Shown here: positions 59,048-64,000 of the stretch, one piece after another
Layout: the number at the start of each line of letters is the position of its first letter
Position numbering within the stretch: position 1 is the stretch's first letter
Source: Candidatus Nanoarchaeia archaeon
GTDB lineage: Archaea > Nanobdellota > Nanobdellia > SCGC-AAA011-G17 > JAGVZF01
Direction: 5' to 3'
DNA length: 64,000 bases
NCBI GenBank assembly: GCA_035288965.1
Contig: DATDYQ010000104.1
Location: 10,089-74,088, forward strand
The notes under the pieces: generated by a model
The model's database searches: none
What the model was told of the DNA's origin: nothing
The model's input: the letters and a program-made list of their open reading frames with translations, nothing else
Position numbers and translations under genes: made by a program

Positions 59048-59104
59048 TTTATAAAACACCTCCGTGTTTATATTTTTGTATTTATATCTTGGATCATTAA
59101 TTGC

Positions 59105-59292
59105 ATTTCACGAAGAAGACATCTCCATCTTTTTTTTGGCGTCCTCTCTTTTAGCAATATATCCATAAATCAAAAACTAATGTTTGTTTATAAACATTTA
59201 TCTACTCTAGAATATATTAAAATCCCAATTCATCAAAATTTGGTGTTTATAGACGCTATAACCTAAGATTATCAAAAAAATTTCACGAAGAA
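59105..59292. repeat. 13-bp direct repeat ATTTCACGAAGAA (two copies) in the S-layer upstream region
   Basis: Identical copies at 59105-59117 and 59280-59292, flanking a TTTATAAA box near 59188-59195. Confidence 0.6.
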
Positions 59293-59322
59293 AAGTTCTA
59301 ACTTTTGAGTAAAAATTATCTT

Positions 59323-59748
59323 TCATTTTTCGCAGATTTTTAGTTTGATTTCTAGCTCATTAACAAAGTAAGGACTAGAACTTATTCCTTGCTCACATTT
59401 CCCGAGATTAAAGCAACTTTTATCTTCATTTTTGATTTCTAGCAAATAATTGCTTGTTATTGTTTTATCAAAGATTGATTTAGCTTCTTTTTCTAAAAAA
59501 TCGCAAGCATTCTGTCCGCAAAAATCGCTATTTTCACAACAATTTTTCATAGCTTCTTTTAAATTACTATCACAACTGCTAGCTTTAACTAAAGCATTAA
59601 CTAGATTATTTGCTTTTATGCTATTCAATGTATTATCCTGATTACTTTCAACTTTAGTTATGCTAAATCTTAAAGCAACAATTCCTATTATAATTATGAG
59701 TAATAATACAACTGTTATTCCAATCATATCAATCTGCCCTTTACCCAT
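59323..59748 (-). CDS. Class III signal-peptide (pilin-like) protein
   Basis: MGKGQ-IDMIGITVVLLL. Confidence 0.75.
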   Translation of the reverse strand: MGKGQIDMIGITVVLLLIIIIGIVALRFSITKVESNQDNTLNSIKANNLVNALVKASSCDSNLKEAMKNCCENSDFCGQNACDFLEKEAKSIFDKTITSNYLLEIKNEDKSCFNLGKCEQGISSSPYFVNELEIKLKICEK

Positions 59749-60250
59749 ACCATTCAACCTCTAAAACACCTATTTTATACAAATTATCATTAGGATAAAA
59801 TATAGATATTGGAGTACTTACTTTCTTAACACTATCTGCATTAATTGATCCTGCTTCATATAAATCAAATATTCCACAATCTCTTATGTTTCCTTTTTGA
59901 CATATCTCTTCATTAGTTTCAGGGTAGATAACTTTAACAGTTAATTTACTCGCTCCAAATTCTTTTTTATACTCGCTAGAAACTTGGCTAAAAGCTACTA
60001 ATTTTAAAGCATCCAAACAATCTTCTTCTTGTTTATTACTCGTACATTTAAATTCAGCCATGTTTGGCAAATTATTTGTTAGTAAACTAAATCTTTCATC
60101 ATTAAATTTAACATTTTCATTCTTTATGCTTTCTGTAGTAAATCTGTAATAGAAAATAAAAGCTATCATGAAAATAACTACAAAAACAATTAAAACTAGC
60201 ATCGTTTCCTGAATCTGCAATTGTCCTCTTTTTAGTAAATTGTTATGCAT
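59741..60250 (-). CDS. Class III signal-peptide (pilin-like) protein
   Basis: KRGQ-LQIQETMLVLIVF. Confidence 0.78.
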   Translation of the reverse strand: MHNNLLKRGQLQIQETMLVLIVFVVIFMIAFIFYYRFTTESIKNENVKFNDERFSLLTNNLPNMAEFKCTSNKQEEDCLDALKLVAFSQVSSEYKKEFGASKLTVKVIYPETNEEICQKGNIRDCGIFDLYEAGSINADSVKKVSTPISIFYPNDNLYKIGVLEVEWYG

Positions 60251-61161
60251 CCCTCTCTCCCCAATCTATTATTCTGTTCATCAAGCTCTTTTTCATATAA
60301 ACTCAACAAATCATATTTTTTTTCTTCTATATCATCATTAATTTGATAAAATATGTTACTTGGATAACTACATTTTTTGTCAATCAAATTTGTCCTTTCA
60401 AGATAAATTTTGTTAATTAATCTTATTTTATTGATAGCTTCATTAAATCCGCAATTATAATTATCATTGTTGCTAAATATTGCTGCATATAAAAATTCTT
60501 CATTAAGGTAGGCTATTTCTTCAGATTCTAGAGGATAATTTTCACTTTCTTTAGGCACTGTTGGCATTTTTTGTCCAAAAGAAATTGTTTCTTTATCTAA
60601 ATTAATCACAATATGTTCATAATTCCATAGTGATTGTCGATTTATATTAAAAAAAGCTATAATCTTTGCATCTTCACCAATATCAACTAAACTCTCTGTT
60701 TTTATTACATTAATCTGTTTAGGAATGTCATCTATCAGTTTATCAACAAAATCTTCACTTTTTTTATTATAAAGAAAAACATATTCTTTATCTAAATCAG
60801 CAAAGTAAATAAGATTAGTAATAGGATAAGGGAAATTTAATCTTTTTACCCAAACAAATGCCTTCTCATTAACAGTATCTGCAAATAATATTTTATCATC
60901 AAAGCTTTGACTAAACTCTCCCAAACTTATTTCATTGCAATTAATTTCAACATCTTTACTTCCGATATTTATTTCAGTATACAAATTATTATTATTTAAT
61001 CCATTAATGCCATTATTCAAGCTTCTCACAATATTGGCTTGCTCTCTTTTATCTTGTAATGATTTATATCTTATTCCAAATCCAGCAAAAAATATTAATA
61101 ATATAATTCCAGCAACTAAAATAAAAATCCAGTTAAACTGATAATCTTGTCCTTTTTTCAT
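60232..61161 (-). CDS. Class III signal-peptide (pilin-like) protein
   Basis: MKKGQ-DYQFNWIFILVAG. Confidence 0.78.
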   Translation of the reverse strand: MKKGQDYQFNWIFILVAGIILLIFFAGFGIRYKSLQDKREQANIVRSLNNGINGLNNNNLYTEINIGSKDVEINCNEISLGEFSQSFDDKILFADTVNEKAFVWVKRLNFPYPITNLIYFADLDKEYVFLYNKKSEDFVDKLIDDIPKQINVIKTESLVDIGEDAKIIAFFNINRQSLWNYEHIVINLDKETISFGQKMPTVPKESENYPLESEEIAYLNEEFLYAAIFSNNDNYNCGFNEAINKIRLINKIYLERTNLIDKKCSYPSNIFYQINDDIEEKKYDLLSLYEKELDEQNNRLGREGCITIY

Positions 61162-61640
61162 CTACTAACACTTACATAATCTCCCTTATTCTCTAAAGTT
61201 ATTCTCATATCAGTTACACATAATGGATTTTCTATTGGTTTAATATGTTCAACAAAAAATCTAACTTTACTCAAGCTTTGTCCTCTCTGTGGAACAAAAA
61301 ATAAATTATTTTGGCTTCCCGAATCTAAAGAATCTCTAACAACTTGATCTATTAATTCATCATCAATTATATCATTTAATGGCATATCAACATCAACAAA
61401 ACAAATCTCTCGAACTTTGCTTGGTAATATTATATCATCTAATTTTATTGAACTTCCTTTATCTAAACTATAAACATCATTAACTTTATTTTTAATGCCA
61501 TCAATAAATAAAACAATCTGCCCTTCATCACCCAAATCTTTAAAATTTTTTATTGCTCTATATCCAAATATTACTATCAAACCAATAACAACAATCGCAA
61601 AGATATAAATAAAAATTAACTGATTCTGCCCCTTTTTCAT
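61158..61640 (-). CDS. Class III signal-peptide (pilin-like) protein
   Basis: MKKGQ-NQLIFIYIFAIVV. Confidence 0.78.
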   Translation of the reverse strand: MKKGQNQLIFIYIFAIVVIGLIVIFGYRAIKNFKDLGDEGQIVLFIDGIKNKVNDVYSLDKGSSIKLDDIILPSKVREICFVDVDMPLNDIIDDELIDQVVRDSLDSGSQNNLFFVPQRGQSLSKVRFFVEHIKPIENPLCVTDMRITLENKGDYVSVSR

Positions 61641-61680
61641 ATTTTAAAAAGATTAAACTTTAAATATAAAACTTTCTATC

Positions 61681-62049
61681 TTACAAAGCATCTCTTATCC
61701 TATATCTACCAACCTCCAATACAACGATTTTACCGATTAAATTATTTTCTCCAATATTAACTAAGAAATTTTTTAATATTTTTAAAACTTTATCTGGGGT
61801 AAAATTATTAGGTAATCTTATTATAATCAATCCATAGTGTGTTCCTTTAGGATATAAAATGAAACTACCAAATTCTAGATCTTTAGTGATCAAGATAGAT
61901 TTTTGTTTCTTGGCATAGGTTGCTATATCTTTATCGGTTGCTCCTGTTAAACCAACATTCGCAACATGTTGGGTTTCAAATCCAATATTTCTAAGTTCTA
62001 TAGCAAATGATCTTGGAATATTTTCATCTAAAAAAATTTTCATGTTCAC
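61681..62049 (-). CDS. DUF5615 family PIN-like toxin
   Basis: FLDENIP, HV, GATD, LITKDLEFG, GLIIIR. Confidence 0.88.
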   Translation of the reverse strand: MNMKIFLDENIPRSFAIELRNIGFETQHVANVGLTGATDKDIATYAKKQKSILITKDLEFGSFILYPKGTHYGLIIIRLPNNFTPDKVLKILKNFLVNIGENNLIGKIVVLEVGRYRIRDAL

Positions 62050-62264
62050 GCATGTATCCGACTTATCTTCTCACCTTTAATCATAGAAGAAGCATATTTA
62101 ATAACTGTAAGTACTTGTTCTTTTGTAATCCCATATTCTTTTTTTATTTCATCATAATCCATACCACTTTCTAGCATCCCGAGTACTTCATCTACTGTTA
62201 TTCTAGTTCCTTTTATTATAGGTTTTCCATGACGTATATTTTTATCAATTGTAATTTTTGCCAT
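62046..62264 (-). CDS. DUF433 family antitoxin
   Basis: HGKPIIKGTRITV...G...EI...Y; start ATG 62264. Confidence 0.9.
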   Translation of the reverse strand: MAKITIDKNIRHGKPIIKGTRITVDEVLGMLESGMDYDEIKKEYGITKEQVLTVIKYASSMIKGEKISRIHA

Positions 62265-62316
62265 ATTTATTAAAAGGTAAGTTAAATATATAAGCTTTAT
62301 CATTCATAAAAATTAT

Positions 62317-62460
62317 ATGTTAGAAAAGAAGAAAACAGGTGAAGGACTAGAAAAATATTTTGGACTAATAAAAGATGATAAAGAATCTGTTAAGTTAACG
62401 GAAGAATTAAAAAAAGGTTGGAAAAGATGGACCAAAAGATATTCTAAGGATAAACAGTAA
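62317..62460 (+). CDS. Small ORF (47 aa) resembling the C-terminal half of archaeal VapB-type antitoxins, possibly a remnant
   Basis: MLEKKKTGEGLEKYFGLIKDDKESVKLTEELKKGWKRWTKRYSKDKQ*; absent from the ORF track. Confidence 0.45.
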   Translation: MLEKKKTGEGLEKYFGLIKDDKESVKLTEELKKGWKRWTKRYSKDKQ

Positions 62461-64000
62461 AGCTAGCTTCATTTTCAAATCTATCTCTGCATATTATATA
62501 ATAAGCATTATTTTCGTCTAAGGCAGCCTTATGTAACTTGCTATCATCATCTGGCATTCTATTTCCATTTCCAAAACTAAATGGTAAATTATTATATTCG
62601 CAAATTGAATCTTCATCCATCTCAACATATAATCTAGTTGAATCAGTATAAATCTTCTTAACACTTGGTGGAATTTCATCAATTTCTACGGTAAAATTAG
62701 TCCTTCCTATAGCTTCATTTCCCGCTATATCTCTACACCAAACTTTAGGATCATAATATCCTTTTTGTAATCCAACAAATTCATAACTATGTTCAGTTGA
62801 ATTTGTTGCATCAAACTTAGTACTTCCAGGGTCAAAATAATCATTAAATGTCCAATAACAATTTGCTCTTCCTTCTTCCGCCCCTCTTACTGTAGTTGTA
62901 GTTAAATTAAATCTCTTGTCAAATATTGTTCCACTAGGTTCAACATTAGTAATGTTTAATGCTCTTGAAACAAATAAATGCAATCCTCCTGCAGGATAAC
63001 TTGCATCTCTATTTACATTTCCATTAATGTCTTGACATCTGAAATAATAAACATTATCTTGTTCATTCTGTAATCCGCCTAATATTCCACCACAAGCATA
63101 TAATCTTCCATAAATTGTATCTATTCTTGAATCTCCGCAACTTAAATTGTTCAACATCTTTTGATAACTTTCATCTTTACTTGAATATTTACATCCGCCA
63201 TTCGCAATTAATTCACTTTCATCATCAACATAAGCAGCTATTGTAATATTCTTGGTATTAAATTTCAACTTGGCATTATTTATGATATTAAATCCTTTCA
63301 CAATTGGACTTCCTGTATCTGGACCTTTAGCAATTGTAAATCCAATTTTATAATCACTTCCTGTAACAATCTCCCTATTATTTTCATCTGTATTTGCACT
63401 TTTACATCTAACATATAAATCATAATCTCCTGAATCACTTATTGCAATTATATCATCTTCAGCCTCATTTATTATCGGAACTGTAAATATATGTTCTTTT
63501 TTGTATTGATTATCTCCAAAGAAATCGCTCATTCTATTATATTCAACAACAGAATCACTTCCTAAACTTCTTTCTTTGCTTACCTTACATTGACTTATTT
63601 TATCTGTTTTAATTCCAATCTGTAAATCTCTATATTCTTGTTCTCCACTTATAACATACCCATTAGCTTGTGTTTGAATATCCTCATTTGTTATAGGATC
63701 AACAGCCAATGGGTTTATTACAGGAGCAATAACATCTCCTTTGTTTACCCAAGTACAAGTTTCATTTCCACTTCCTTTATTTAATAATTGACAACTTTGT
63801 CCTAAACTAGTGCATTTATAATCATCACATTTTTCATAATCAGTATTGCATTTTTCGCAATCATTTCCGCCAGCAGGAGCAACATAAGGATCACAGCTTA
63901 TTGTGTAAGTTAATGTTTTTGTAGCTGAGAAAAAATATGTAATCAAGAAATATACAGCAAATGCAGATAATACAACTATAACAATTGGATTAGAAAGGAA
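62444..64000 (-). CDS. Large Cys-containing extracellular protein with Ig-like repeats (partial; continues beyond window)
   Basis: Frame open to the window edge through a TM (FLSNPIVIVVLSAFAVYFL). Cys-rich segment, then repeats ending 'Y..RC.D..GN'. Confidence 0.8.
   Translation of the reverse strand, partial: FLSNPIVIVVLSAFAVYFLITYFFSATKTLTYTISCDPYVAPAGGNDCEKCNTDYEKCDDYKCTSLGQSCQLLNKGSGNETCTWVNKGDVIAPVINPLAVDPITNEDIQTQANGYVISGEQEYRDLQIGIKTDKISQCKVSKERSLGSDSVVEYNRMSDFFGDNQYKKEHIFTVPIINEAEDDIIAISDSGDYDLYVRCKSANTDENNREIVTGSDYKIGFTIAKGPDTGSPIVKGFNIINNAKLKFNTKNITIAAYVDDESELIANGGCKYSSKDESYQKMLNNLSCGDSRIDTIYGRLYACGGILGGLQNEQDNVYYFRCQDINGNVNRDASYPAGGLHLFVSRALNITNVEPSGTIFDKRFNLTTTTVRGAEEGRANCYWTFNDYFDPGSTKFDATNSTEHSYEFVGLQKGYYDPKVWCRDIAGNEAIGRTNFTVEIDEIPPSVKKIYTDSTRLYVEMDEDSICEYNNLPFSFGNGNRMPDDDSKLHKAALDENNAYYIICRDRFENEASFTVYP

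Noticed and set aside
733..61141. Many short antisense ORFs in the track (e.g. 5272-5682, 9089-9529, 14429-14776, 24845-25219, 59042-59266)
   Set aside because: Nearly all are shadows of motif-supported genes on the opposite strand, with the Ile/Phe/Ser bias expected in AT-rich DNA; 59042-59266 runs antisense across the S-layer promoter and leader.
1..64000. CRISPR array, rRNA, IS or integrase
   Set aside because: No regularly spaced repeats, long GC-rich non-coding tracts or transposase/recombinase motifs were seen.

Overview
A very AT-rich archaeal window, most consistent with a DPANN lineage (Woesearchaeota/Pacearchaeota-like). Support: BRE/TATA promoters about 25 nt before start codons, GGAGGTG/GGTGA Shine-Dalgarno sites, an intron-containing tRNA-Ser(UGA), a Methanococcales-type S-layer protein, PGF-pre-PGF proteins and tandem class III signal-peptide proteins. 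Bases ~1-48.5k form a large surface-glycosylation island: GT2/GT4/GT9 enzymes, four polyprenol-phosphate GT2s, four GT-C-type membrane proteins, flippase(s), two NeuB-family synthases with cytidylyltransferase domains, a heptose kinase, a WbpB/E/D-like set, a carbamoyltransferase, several SAM methyltransferases, three cobalamin-binding radical SAM enzymes and one SPASM radical SAM enzyme. NanE, a NanA/DHDPS-like aldolase, an APH-family kinase and a HAD phosphatase are embedded in it. Bases ~48.7-64k encode likely glycan substrates (sequon-rich surface proteins, S-layer, pilin-like proteins), a tRNA and toxin-antitoxin genes. Best leads: (i) a repeated B12-radical SAM + methyltransferase + polyprenol-P GT2 + GT-C module; (ii) a non-canonical nonulosonic-acid supply or salvage route; (iii) a secreted beta-helix protein with a bacterial-type TWGxIKAxY tail; (iv) three small ORFs missing from the ORF track. 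All calls come from reading motifs by eye; no searches were run.
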